This document shows positions 9,333 to 18,865 of a stretch of DNA of 64,000 bases, in pieces. Under the pieces are notes generated by a model. That model searched no databases. It was not told the DNA's origin and saw nothing but the letters and a program-made list of their open reading frames with translations. Origin of the DNA: an uncultured bacterium (GTDB lineage: Bacteria; Krumholzibacteriota; Krumholzibacteriia; LZORAL124-64-63); the NCBI GenBank assembly GCA_903912525.1, contig CAIWHK010000007.1, positions 22,563-86,562 of the forward strand, read 5' to 3'. Numbering within the stretch: the stretch's first letter is position 1; every line of letters starts with the position of its first letter. A program made the position numbers and the translations under genes.

Positions 9333-11591
9333 CTACTTCTCGTCCATGATCTCAATGCGCCCGCGCCCCTCGGCCAGGTCGGCCGCCCGGCGGATCATCC
9401 GCGCCAGGTCCTGCACGGCCTGCTCGCGTGGCAGTTCGGCGGCCAGCCTGTCGGCCAGCGGCACCAGCGACGAGACGCGGCTTTCCTTCGCCCAGTAGCT
9501 GCCGCGCAGGATCTCGGCGAACTCGGCGGCCAGCACCTGCGCGCGGCGGTGGGCCGAGCCGCCGCCGTCCCGTGCCGCGAACATTGCGGCGTCGATCGGG
9601 CGCTCGATCTCGGTCACCTTGCCGGCGTGCGCCGTGTCGTGCTCGGGCGCCTCCCAGCGCAGGCGCACGACGCCGACGCGGCCCTCATTGGACTCGCTGT
9701 CGCGCCCGCCGTCCACCAGCTTCAACTCGTACAGCGCGGTGACCTGGTGCCCGGCGCCGACCTCGCCCGCGTCGACGGCGTCGTTGCGGAAGTCGCGGTC
9801 GGCCACGTCGCGGTTCTCGTAGCCCAACAGGCGCCAGCGGGACACACGCTTCGGGTCGAACTCGACCTGCACCTTGGCCTGGCGGGCGATGGTCTGCAGC
9901 ATCCCGGTCAGGTTCTCGCGGAACACGCGCTCGGCCTCGCGCGGGCCGTCCACGTAGAAGTAGTTGCCGTCGCCCTGGTCGGCCAGCTTTTCCATCAGCA
10001 CGTCGTTGTAGTTGCCCATGCCGAAGCCGACGGCCGACAGGGTGATCCCGTCGTCCGAGCCGCGGCGCGCCAGTTCGAGGATGCCCCCGGCGTCGGTGGC
10101 AGAACCGGTGTTGGCCACGCCGTCCGAGCACAGGACCAGCCGGTTGATGAGTCCGGCGTCGAAGCCGCGACGCGCCACCCCGTAGCCCAGGCGCAGGCCG
10201 TCGGCCACGTTGGTGCTGCCGTCGGTGTGCAGCCCCTGGATGATGCCGAGGATCTCGCCGCGCCGCGAGACGTCCGTCAGCGGCAGCCGCACCTCGGCCT
10301 GCGACCCGTAGGTGACGATGCCGACGCGGTCGCCCTCGCCCAGTTCGTCGACCATGGTGCGCAGCGCGCGCTTGACCGACTCCAGGCGGTTTTCGCGGCC
10401 CATCGAACCCGAGGTGTCGATCACGAAGACCAGGTTGGCGGCCTTGCGGCGCGCATTGTCCACGCTGCGCCCGACGACGCCCACTCGCAGCAGGTGGTAG
10501 CCCTCGCCGAAGCGCGACGGCCCGCCGTCCAGGCCGATGCGGAAGGTCTCCTTCTGCACGTTGTCCCAGCCGGCGTCGATCGCGTTGACGAACTCCTCGA
10601 CGCGGATGGCGGCCGCGGGCGGCAGTTCGCCGCGATCGAGGTAGCTGCGGGCCAGCGAGAACGACGCGTTGTCCACGTCCATCGCGAAGGTCGACAGCGC
10701 GTCATCCTCGGTCGCGATGAACGGGTTCACGCCGGCGTGCTCGAAGTACATCGACTCGTACTTCTCGCCGTTCGGGGGCGTGGTGCCGCCGGTGATCGAG
10801 CCGGGCGCCGACGGCGACGCCAGGCGTAGTCCGCCGAGAGTCACATCGCGGGCCGGCGTGCTGCTGCCGGGCGGCGCTTCCAGCGAGGCGGACGTCGCTG
10901 CCGCCAGCGCCGAATTGACTTCCTGCACCGTCATCGAGGCCTTGTCCGCCGCGCCCCGGGCCGATTGCTTCGCAATGGCGTCATTGACCGAATCGATGGC
11001 GTACTTGTCGAACGTCTGGGAGACCACTCCAGTGGACATGTCATCAGGCACAGGCTGCGGGACGCCCCCGCCGGTTACGGCGCTCTTGACATCGACCATG
11101 TACTCTTCGCTGGTGACCTCGACCGGCTCGAGGCTGGCCACGACCGACGATCCTGAGCCCAGATCGCGGGCCGACGCTGCGGCGCCTTCGGTCACGGCCT
11201 GGCGTTCATCCGCTTTCTTTTCGACACGGGGAGCCGCCGCGACCTTTGGGGCATCCTTCCCCGCCGGGGGCGCCGCGCGCCGACCGGCATCCGACGCGAT
11301 CGGAGGCGTCTGTTGGGTCGCCGTCGGCGGGACCCCCAACTCCGTGTACCGCACGGTGCCCTGCCGCTGCGTCCCGGGCGCCGGCGCCCGCCCGTCCTGC
11401 CACCAGACCACCGACACGACGGCCACGGCCAGGACGGCGACCGTCGCCAGCGCCGGCGGCCACACACGGAGGCCACGGCGACGCGACCCGCCGCCCTCGG
11501 TCCCGTTCAACTCGCGACGCACCGCGTACCACAGGTTGCCGGCCTCGTGTTCCGTCAGCCGGTAGCGATCGTTCTTCAGGTAGCGCTTCAT
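9333..11591 (-). CDS. Membrane anti-sigma-factor-like protein with extracytoplasmic von Willebrand factor A domain
   Basis: Start MKRYLKND overlaps the stop of the upstream ECF sigma gene (ATGA). One TM helix (LATVAVLAVAVVSVVWW), a Pro/Ala-rich linker, and a vWA MIDAS motif in LVFVIDTSGSMGRENRLESVK...IVTYGSQA. Confidence 0.7.
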   Translation of the reverse strand: MKRYLKNDRYRLTEHEAGNLWYAVRRELNGTEGGGSRRRGLRVWPPALATVAVLAVAVVSVVWWQDGRAPAPGTQRQGTVRYTELGVPPTATQQTPPIASDAGRRAAPPAGKDAPKVAAAPRVEKKADERQAVTEGAAASARDLGSGSSVVASLEPVEVTSEEYMVDVKSAVTGGGVPQPVPDDMSTGVVSQTFDKYAIDSVNDAIAKQSARGAADKASMTVQEVNSALAAATSASLEAPPGSSTPARDVTLGGLRLASPSAPGSITGGTTPPNGEKYESMYFEHAGVNPFIATEDDALSTFAMDVDNASFSLARSYLDRGELPPAAAIRVEEFVNAIDAGWDNVQKETFRIGLDGGPSRFGEGYHLLRVGVVGRSVDNARRKAANLVFVIDTSGSMGRENRLESVKRALRTMVDELGEGDRVGIVTYGSQAEVRLPLTDVSRRGEILGIIQGLHTDGSTNVADGLRLGYGVARRGFDAGLINRLVLCSDGVANTGSATDAGGILELARRGSDDGITLSAVGFGMGNYNDVLMEKLADQGDGNYFYVDGPREAERVFRENLTGMLQTIARQAKVQVEFDPKRVSRWRLLGYENRDVADRDFRNDAVDAGEVGAGHQVTALYELKLVDGGRDSESNEGRVGVVRLRWEAPEHDTAHAGKVTEIERPIDAAMFAARDGGGSAHRRAQVLAAEFAEILRGSYWAKESRVSSLVPLADRLAAELPREQAVQDLARMIRRAADLAEGRGRIEIMDEK

Positions 11592-12227
11592 GACTGTTCC
11601 CCTCCCGGCAGCTCGCTGAACACCAGGTCGTCGCCGTCGCGCAGCCAAAGGCGCAGCTTCCGGCAAGCCCGGTGATGATGGACCCTCGCGGTGGGCTCGC
11701 CGCAGTCCAGGACCGCGGCGATCTCGGCGAAGGAGGCGTCCTCCAGTTCACGCAGCAGCAGCGCGGCGCGCTGGTGCGGCGACAGGCGGTTCAGCGCCGC
11801 CTGGAAGCCGTCCCCCAGGGCGGGGAACACCGCTTCGGAACCGGAAGACGTGAGGGCGGTGCGCTCGAGGGCCAGCGCGGCGACCTTGCGGACGCCGAGC
11901 TTCACGCGCCGTCGCCAGTCCAGGCTCTTGCGCAGGCCCACCGACCGCAGCCAGCTGAGCAGCGTGCCCTGCCCGCGGTACGTGTCCAGGCGCCCGAGCG
12001 CCGTCACGTACGTCTCCTGCACGAGGTCGCGCGCGGCCTCGCGGTCGCCGGTCTGGTAGACCAGGAAGTTGAACAGCGGCTGGCAGGTGGCGTCGTACAG
12101 GCGGCGCCAGGCCTCCTCGTCGCCCAGGGCGGCGGCGCGGGCCAGGTCCAGGTCCTGTTGGGGGGCGCGCTCGGGTGGTGACGCGCCCGACGGGTCTTGC
12201 TGATCCAGTTTGCCCATGAGCATCCTC
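11588..12227 (-). CDS. ECF (sigma-70 family) RNA polymerase sigma factor
   Basis: Region 2 (LVQETYVTALGRLDTYRG) and region 4 (LSPHQRAALLLRELEDASFAEIAAVL). GAGGAGG RBS before the ATG at 12227; the track's 5' extension is implausible. Confidence 0.8.
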
Positions 12228-12510
12228 CTCGCTCTGGACCACAAGACGAACGCCGGGAGGGGTTCGTTTACCTGCGGTCGCCGAATGAGCAAGGCGCCGG
12301 GGTGGCGTGCATGAGTGTCGGGTCCCGGGCGTGGGTCGTCAAATGGGTTCGCGGGTCTGCCGGCCGAGCGCCGCAGGGCTGCGATGGCCCGGCACGCGGA
12401 CGGACTGGGCGCGGAAGCGGCTTGAATCAGCCGACGACGGGGTTTAAGCTGGGGAAACACCGCCCTGAGGGAAGCCGAACATCGCCCCACAACAGTCCGG
12501 GGAAGAGATC

Positions 12511-13410
12511 ATGCCGCGTCGCCGCCTGTCCGCCATCGCCCTGCTTGCCGCCACCGCCCTCGCGGCGCTGTTGCTGGCCGGGTGTGACGGCTCCACGAGC
12601 CCCTCCGACGAGACGCCGCGCCCCTCGCTGGCGAACATCTGGCCGCACCAGGACGGCACCGGCTGGCGATACACGATCACCTTCGAGCAGTACGCCGCGC
12701 TGCCCCTGGCAGCGACGCCACCTTCGCTGCCGTCATTCGAGGAACTGCACGCCGCCCTCGAGGCGGCCGTCCCCGCCGACATGCTCGAGACGGACACGGG
12801 CGCCTACAGCCTCACCTTTGTCGGTGACACCACGACCGATTCCGGCGTCACGGCGCAGAACCTGGTCGGCGTGATCACGCCCGGCAGCGGCAAGGCCAGG
12901 CGTGTGGCGACAGGTCGCGAACAGCTGCAGCGCGTACTGGCGGATAAATCCCTCGCCGATGCGACCGACCCCGCGTTCCTCGGCACCATGCCCTTCGCCT
13001 ACGAGGACAGCGGCTACTACGGCTATGGCGACCTCCATCGCGAGCACTCGTGGATCCTGCTCGAGGGCGACCTCAGCGTGGGCAGCGAGTTCTCGATGCT
13101 GCTGGTGCCGATGCTGGCGGAGGACATCTGGCTCTACGGGCGCATCTGGTCGGTCCGCGACCGCTTCATCAGCGGCCGGCGCTGGGAGAACGTCGTCGAG
13201 TGCATGTACGTCGTGGACCTGGGCACGCAATCGGTCACCGACGACAACGGCAACCTGCTGGGCTACTCGCGCGGCTACTGGTACGGCACCGTGCTGTACG
13301 TCCCGACCGTGGGACCGATCGCCTGCGACGAGCGCCATGTCTGGGGCCCGTCGAACTCGATCATGGGCGCCCAGCCCGGCGGCGTGAACGTGTACCGGAT
13401 CCGCCGGTAA
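12511..13410 (+). CDS. Lipoprotein (signal peptide with LLAGC lipobox), function unknown
   Basis: N-terminus MPRRRLSAIALLAATALAALLLAGCDG, a typical lipoprotein signal. Confidence 0.6.
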   Translation: MPRRRLSAIALLAATALAALLLAGCDGSTSPSDETPRPSLANIWPHQDGTGWRYTITFEQYAALPLAATPPSLPSFEELHAALEAAVPADMLETDTGAYSLTFVGDTTTDSGVTAQNLVGVITPGSGKARRVATGREQLQRVLADKSLADATDPAFLGTMPFAYEDSGYYGYGDLHREHSWILLEGDLSVGSEFSMLLVPMLAEDIWLYGRIWSVRDRFISGRRWENVVECMYVVDLGTQSVTDDNGNLLGYSRGYWYGTVLYVPTVGPIACDERHVWGPSNSIMGAQPGGVNVYRIRR

Positions 13411-13418
13411 CGGCGGGC

Positions 13419-14528
13419 TCAGGCGCCGGCATCCCACTGCGCGACGACGCGATCGAGCAGCGCGCCGGCATTCGTCTCCCCCATGCCGCCGTCGCCGAGC
13501 GGGTCGTCCTGCGCATCGCGCCCGGCCAGCGCCCGCGCCAGGTTGGCCACGCCCACGGCCAGCACCTCGGTGTCGTAGCCACCCTCGAGCATCACCGCGA
13601 TGCGGCCGCCGCAAAGCTCGTCGGCCGCCTGCACCAGCTGCCGACAAGCCCACGCATAGCCCGCCAGCGAGTACTGCAATTGCGCCAGCGGATCGCGCCA
13701 GTGCGCATCCCAACCCCCTGAAACCAGCAACAGGTCGGGCCTGAACCGGCGCAACTGCGGCAGCACGATGCGCGCGAAGGCCGCCTTGAGCGCCGCATCG
13801 CCGGCGCCGGGCGGCAGCGGGATGTTCACGTTCGCGCCGACGCCGGCGCCCTCGCCCGTCGCGTCGAACCAGCCGGTGCCCGGCCACAGCGGGTACTGGT
13901 GCAGCGAGATGAACAGCACCGACGGGTCGGCGATGAAGATGTCCTGCGTGCCGTTGCCGTGGTGCACGTCGAAGTCGACGATCGCGATGCGCGGAGTTGC
14001 GCCGGCGCAAGTGCCGGTGCCCACGCCCGCCGCCTGCGCCGCCCGCGCGGCGATGGCGATGTTGTTGAAGACGCAGAAGCCCATCGTGCGCGACGGCGTC
14101 GCGTGGTGCCCGGGCGGCCGCACCAGCGCCAGGCCGCGGTCGCACGTGCCGCGCATGATCGCGGTCGCGAGGTCCGCCGCGGCGCCGGCCGCGCACAACG
14201 ACGCCCGCCACGTGTGCTCGTTCGCATAGGTGTCCTCGTCGAGCATGACCGGCGTGTCGGCGACCAGCCGCGCGACCGTGTCGATGTGTGCGGCCTCGTG
14301 CGCGAGCAGCAGTTCGTCGCGCGTCGCCTCGCGCACGGACAGCGGCGTGAACTCGGCCAGCAGCGATGTGCGTTCGAGCTCGCGCCGGACCTCGACCAGG
14401 CGCTCGGGGCGCTCGGGGTGGCCGGGCTTGGCGTGGTCGAGGAACAGGGGGGAAGCCGCTAGGGCAAGGCGGGCGGTCACGGGAACCTCGCTTCCATGGT
14501 CGCTTCGGGTGAGGGTCCGAGCACGCAT
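13419..14528 (-). CDS. Histone deacetylase-family (HDAC/AcuC/AphA-like) deacetylase carrying an in-frame REP-derived insertion
   Basis: PPGHHA, DFDVHHGNGTQ and GGYD motifs. Start placed at the Met downstream of the REP copy at 14614-14633. An 8-residue insert VGTGTCAG is encoded by a REP copy at 13986-14005. Confidence 0.75.
   Translation of the reverse strand: MRARTLTRSDHGSEVPVTARLALAASPLFLDHAKPGHPERPERLVEVRRELERTSLLAEFTPLSVREATRDELLLAHEAAHIDTVARLVADTPVMLDEDTYANEHTWRASLCAAGAAADLATAIMRGTCDRGLALVRPPGHHATPSRTMGFCVFNNIAIAARAAQAAGVGTGTCAGATPRIAIVDFDVHHGNGTQDIFIADPSVLFISLHQYPLWPGTGWFDATGEGAGVGANVNIPLPPGAGDAALKAAFARIVLPQLRRFRPDLLLVSGGWDAHWRDPLAQLQYSLAGYAWACRQLVQAADELCGGRIAVMLEGGYDTEVLAVGVANLARALAGRDAQDDPLGDGGMGETNAGALLDRVVAQWDAGA
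13986..14005. repeat. REP-like palindrome copy (variant GAGTTGCGCCGGCGCAAGTG), in-frame inside the HDAC gene
   Basis: Matches the 20-bp family consensus GACTTGCGCCGGCGCAAGTC with 3 substitutions; encodes GTCAGA inside the ORF. Confidence 0.7.
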
Positions 14529-14613
14529 GGTTGCGAGGATCCAGGGCGGTGTCAATCCCCTGGGCAAAACGACAGGGACCCGAGCCACGGCCCGGGTCCC
14601 CATTTCCGATCCC

Positions 14614-14633
14614 GACTTGCGCCGGCGCAACTC
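14614..14633. repeat. REP-like palindrome GACTTGCGCCGGCGCAACTC
   Basis: Between the stop of the 14652 gene and the HDAC start. Confidence 0.8.
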
Positions 14634-14651
14634 CGCGAAGGGCCTGACCGC

Positions 14652-15545
14652 TTAGCCCTCCGCCTCCTGGGCCCCGGGCGCCGCCTCGGCAGCCGGGTTC
14701 AGGCGTGCGTGCACGGCCTGCACGGTGGCCCAGGCGCAGCGGGTCAGCGTCGGGCGGCCGATGAGTGCGCGGCGGATCTCGTCGAGGATGGCCGGGCCGA
14801 GGTCGGCCGCGGTGCGGAAGGCGCCACCGACAAAGAACGGGCGACGGCCGTTGCCGTCGGGCCAGTGCACGCCGATGGTGCCACCGTAGACGTTGTGCGA
14901 GCCGGACAGGTGCTTCAGCTGCATCGAGAACATGCGGTCGGGCTCGACCAGGACGTGCGCGATGCCGGTCAGGGCCAGCGCCAGTGCATCGACATGCAGG
15001 ACATGGCCGCCGGTCTGGTCGACACTGACGTAGACGACGGGCAGGCGACAGCCCGCCTCGCCGGTGACGCAGCGCACGGCGAGCTCCATGTCCAGGTCGG
15101 ACAGGCGCACGGGCGTCGAGCGCACGGCCAGGGCGCCGTCCATCGCGCCGCCAAGCTCTTCGATCAGGGTATGGACGATGACCGGCTTCTTGACGGCCGG
15201 CACCGGCACGCCGGGGCCGCGCGCGTCGGCCGAGACGCGCACCGAAATCCAGGCATCGTCAGCCTGCCGCGAGTAGACCAGCGTGGTGGCCCACTTGAGC
15301 AGGCCTTCCTGGCGCGCGAAGCCGACGGCGACCGATTCGTCCTCTGGCAGGTTGACGCGAAGCACGCGCACCAGTTCATCGCCTTCGCCGGCAGTGAACA
15401 TATTCGCGGTTTCGAAGTCGGCCAGCGACTCGGCGGTCAGCGCAGTCTCGGGCGTCGAGAGAATCCACTCCCGGACGACACGTAGGAATTCAGACGGATC
15501 GGCGCCATGGTCGATCGGGAATTCCGTAGCGAACAGCAGCATCAT
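14652..15545 (-). CDS. Hypothetical protein (298 aa), no recognisable domain
   Basis: Long ORF with genome-typical codon usage. ATGATG start with a GGAAG RBS; the track's AT-rich 5' extension is rejected. Confidence 0.5.
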   Translation of the reverse strand: MMLLFATEFPIDHGADPSEFLRVVREWILSTPETALTAESLADFETANMFTAGEGDELVRVLRVNLPEDESVAVGFARQEGLLKWATTLVYSRQADDAWISVRVSADARGPGVPVPAVKKPVIVHTLIEELGGAMDGALAVRSTPVRLSDLDMELAVRCVTGEAGCRLPVVYVSVDQTGGHVLHVDALALALTGIAHVLVEPDRMFSMQLKHLSGSHNVYGGTIGVHWPDGNGRRPFFVGGAFRTAADLGPAILDEIRRALIGRPTLTRCAWATVQAVHARLNPAAEAAPGAQEAEG

Positions 15546-16094
15546 TGTACTTCCTGCGTCATTTGGGCGATGACTACTGGAGCAATTATAATATAAACGT
15601 AAATGAAAAAGAAAGCACGCTGTTCCGTCTGGCGGAACCTGCAACGGTAAGTTGTTAAATTTGCGCAAGTTGTCGGGTCAAAAAATATGACACAGGGTCT
15701 GCTGGAGGCGGCAGGGCGAGCGGAGGAATCTCATTTTAAGTCAAATGCCGCAAATCCGCGAAAACGGGTGATTTAGTGACAATCGGGGGCTTGCCAGGAT
15801 CTTCGCCAGACAAAAGCTCTTTGCCCCCATGAACTTCACTCCAATGTACCGGCACGACCCCAAGGGCGGTCGGCCTCGTCGAGGTGTCGGCACCTGCCTG
15901 CAGGAGATGGAAATGGACTCGCTCCCCCTGTAGCGGGATAATGCCTGAAATGAATGCGGGGATGCCGGGGCGGGTGGCGCATGGGATGCCGCGCCCGGGG
16001 GCCGACCGTCGGAATCCGGTGCCGCCAGACCAACCCTCCCGCACGCCGCCGCCACCAACGGCGCCGGCAACCAGCTCGCCGATCAGGACAAGCC

Positions 16095-17585
16095 ATGACC
16101 CACCCCACCATCTCCAAGTCCAAGTTCCTCTCCGGCATCCAGTGCCCGCTCCTGCTCTGGACGCAGTACAACGACCGCGGCATCATCCCGCCCACCAACG
16201 CCGGCACGCAGTACATCTTCGACATGGGGCACAGCGTCGGCGACCTGGCCAAGCAGCTGTGGCCCAATGGCGTCGAGGTGCCGGCCGGCGGCGCCGACCG
16301 GCCCGATCTTGACGCGACCGTTGCGACGACGCGCGAGTACCTGAAGAAGCGCAAGCCGATCTTCGAGGCCAGCTTCGTGAGTGACGAGCCCGGTGGCCGC
16401 CGCTATGTGCGCGCCGACGTCATGCTGCCGGTGCTGGGCGAAGACCGCTGGGACCTGGTCGAGGTGAAGTCGTCGACGCGCACGAAAGATGTGAACATCT
16501 GGGACGTCGCGTTCCAGGCGGGGGCGATCGAGGGCGCGGGCGTGAAGCTGCGCCGATTGTCCCTGATGCACATCAACACGAGTTATGTGCGCCACGGGCC
16601 GATCGAGCCCGCGCGCCTGTTCGCGACCGACGACATCACCGATCTGGCGCGCAACCGCATGCGCGACGTGCCGCGCATGTTCGCGGAGTATGCGGCGACG
16701 ATCGACGGGCCGAAGCCCGTGGTGCCCATCGGCGCGCACTGCGTCAGCCCCTACACCTGCGCCATGAAGGACGTCTGCTGGAACCACCTGCCCGAGCACC
16801 ACGTCACGACGATGGTGCGCGCCGGCAAGAAGGCGTTCGACTGGGTCGAGCGCGGCATCCACGACGTGGCCGACATTCCCAACCGCGACCTGGCGGGCTC
16901 GCAACGCGTGCAGAAGGATGCCGTCAAGAGCGGTCGGGCGGTCATCGACCAGAAGGCCATCCACGCCCTGCTCGACAGCCTGGAGTACCCGCTCTGGCAC
17001 CTCGACTTCGAGTCGGTCAACCCGGCGGTGCCGCTGTTCAACGGCACGCGCCCGTTCCAGCAAGTGCCCTTCCAGTTCTCGCTGCACGTCGAGGAGGCGC
17101 CCGGCGCCGAACCGGAGCACATCGAGTTCCTGTCCGTCGACAGCAACGACCCGCGGCCCGCGCTGCTCGAGGCGCTGAGTCAGATCGGCCCCTACGGCAC
17201 CGTGCTGGCGTTCAACGCGACGTTCGAGTCGCAGGTGCTCGCCACGCTCGGCATGACGTTCCCCGAGTGGAAGCCGATGACCGACGACCTGGGCGCGCGC
17301 CTGCGCGACCTGGCCGACCCGTTCCGGACGTTCTCCGTCTACCACCCCGGGCAGAAGGGCAGCTACTCGTTGAAGTCGGTGTTGCCGGCGCTGACCGGGG
17401 CCGGGTACGAGGGGCTGGCGATCGCGGACGGGCAGGCGGCCGGGCGGCAGTGGCTGCAGGCAGTCTACAAACCGGGACTGCCGGAGAGCGATCGCGAGGG
17501 GATCTTCGAGGGATTGCGGGCGTACTGCGGCAAGGACACCGGGGCGATGGTCGAGATCCTCGAGGTGCTGCGCGGGATGATCTAG
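16095..17585 (+). CDS. DUF2779-like protein (predicted RecB/Cas4-like nuclease N-terminus with RNase H-like C-terminal region)
   Basis: N-terminus MTHPTISKSKFLSGIQCPLLLW resembles the conserved DUF2779 N-terminal signature. The track's 47-codon Arg-rich extension is rejected. Confidence 0.5.
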   Translation: MTHPTISKSKFLSGIQCPLLLWTQYNDRGIIPPTNAGTQYIFDMGHSVGDLAKQLWPNGVEVPAGGADRPDLDATVATTREYLKKRKPIFEASFVSDEPGGRRYVRADVMLPVLGEDRWDLVEVKSSTRTKDVNIWDVAFQAGAIEGAGVKLRRLSLMHINTSYVRHGPIEPARLFATDDITDLARNRMRDVPRMFAEYAATIDGPKPVVPIGAHCVSPYTCAMKDVCWNHLPEHHVTTMVRAGKKAFDWVERGIHDVADIPNRDLAGSQRVQKDAVKSGRAVIDQKAIHALLDSLEYPLWHLDFESVNPAVPLFNGTRPFQQVPFQFSLHVEEAPGAEPEHIEFLSVDSNDPRPALLEALSQIGPYGTVLAFNATFESQVLATLGMTFPEWKPMTDDLGARLRDLADPFRTFSVYHPGQKGSYSLKSVLPALTGAGYEGLAIADGQAAGRQWLQAVYKPGLPESDREGIFEGLRAYCGKDTGAMVEILEVLRGMI

Positions 17586-17596
17586 CGGGGCGCCGG

Positions 17597-17616
17597 CAGT
17601 TGCGCCGGCGCAAGTG
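17597..17616. repeat. REP-like palindrome CAGTTGCGCCGGCGCAAGTG
   Basis: 12 bp after the DUF2779 stop. Confidence 0.8.
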
Positions 17617-17714
17617 CAGCCTCATCAGTGGCAGGCCGGTTGACCGTCGATGCCGGTGCGTGCCAGAATGCCGTCGCCATTGCTTGCCACGTCTGCCTGC
17701 CGTGAGGGGCGCCC

Positions 17715-18815
17715 ATGATTCGCAATCGACTGTCCGCTTCAGCTGTCGCGACATTCGTCCCGGCGCTGCTCCTGGCGCTGACCTCGCTGTCCGCCAACGC
17801 CCAGGACCCGCCGGTCGATCCGGTGCAGGCGACGATCGACAAGCGCTTCGAGGCGCTGGACCACCGCCTCGACACGCTCGAGAAGGCTGTCGACGACGTC
17901 ATGTGGTACAACAAGGTCGGGGATGTCGCCGAGATCGACAAGGTCTTCATCACTGGCCCACCGCGCGCGCATGTCGACAATCCCACGGCAATGGGCGCCA
18001 ACAACCCGGTCAAGTTCTGGGCGTACACGTTTGTGCCGAGGAACCTCGACCGCTCGAAGAAGTACCCGCTGATCGTGCTGCCGCACGGCGGCGTCCACGC
18101 GAACTTCACGACGTACCATACGCACATCATCCGCGAGATGATGGCGCAGGGGTACATCGTCGTGGCTCCCGAATACCGGGGCAGCACCGGCTACGGCAAG
18201 GCCTTCTACGAAACCATCGACTACGGCGGGCTGGAGATCGACGACAACCACGCCGCCCGCGACTACATGGTCGCAAACCTCGATTACATCGACCCGGCGC
18301 GCGTCGGGGTCGTGGGCTGGAGCCACGGCGGCCTGATCGCGCTGATGGATATCTTCGCGCACCCGAACGACTATGCCGCCGCGTTCGCCGGCGTGCCGGT
18401 CAGCGACCTGGTGGCGCGCATGGGCTACTACGACGAGGAGTACCGCAAGGAATTCTCGGCGCCGTTCCACATCGGCAAGACGGCGAACGAGAATGTGGCC
18501 GAGTACCGCAAGCGGTCACCCGTGAACCACGTGAGGGAACTGGCCACGCCGCTGCTCATCCACACGAACACGAACGACGACGACGTCAATGTGCTGGAAG
18601 TGGAGCACCTCATCGAGGCGCTGAAGGCCGAAGGCAAGAAGTTCGAATATGAGATCTTCCAGGACATCCCGGGCGGCCACAGCTTCGACCGCATCGACAC
18701 CAGGCACGCGCGCGAGACGCGCGTGAAGATCTACAAATTCCTGGCTCGGTACCTGGACCCACCGAAGCCGGTCGACTCGGTGGCGGAGTTGGACCGGGCG
18801 GCGTATCGAAGGTAG
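17715..18815 (+). CDS. Secreted S9-family serine peptidase (alpha/beta hydrolase, prolyl oligopeptidase family)
   Basis: Signal peptide; GWSHGG nucleophile elbow; Asp and His of a catalytic triad downstream. Confidence 0.75.
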   Translation: MIRNRLSASAVATFVPALLLALTSLSANAQDPPVDPVQATIDKRFEALDHRLDTLEKAVDDVMWYNKVGDVAEIDKVFITGPPRAHVDNPTAMGANNPVKFWAYTFVPRNLDRSKKYPLIVLPHGGVHANFTTYHTHIIREMMAQGYIVVAPEYRGSTGYGKAFYETIDYGGLEIDDNHAARDYMVANLDYIDPARVGVVGWSHGGLIALMDIFAHPNDYAAAFAGVPVSDLVARMGYYDEEYRKEFSAPFHIGKTANENVAEYRKRSPVNHVRELATPLLIHTNTNDDDVNVLEVEHLIEALKAEGKKFEYEIFQDIPGGHSFDRIDTRHARETRVKIYKFLARYLDPPKPVDSVAELDRAAYRR

Positions 18816-18865
18816 GGCGCCGCCGGCCTGGTCATCTCACCAGGAGTCATTTCACCAGGACCCGG

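Noticed and set aside
15884-16312. Track ORFs overlapping the GC-rich 5' region of the DUF2779 gene and the long N-terminal extensions suggested for several genes (ECF sigma, anti-sigma, HDAC, 14652 gene, DUF2779, T9SS proteins, M6 protease, M48 peptidase)
   Set aside because: Better starts exist downstream with RBS-like sequences, signal peptides or ATGA coupling. The extensions are Arg/Pro-rich or run through REP copies.
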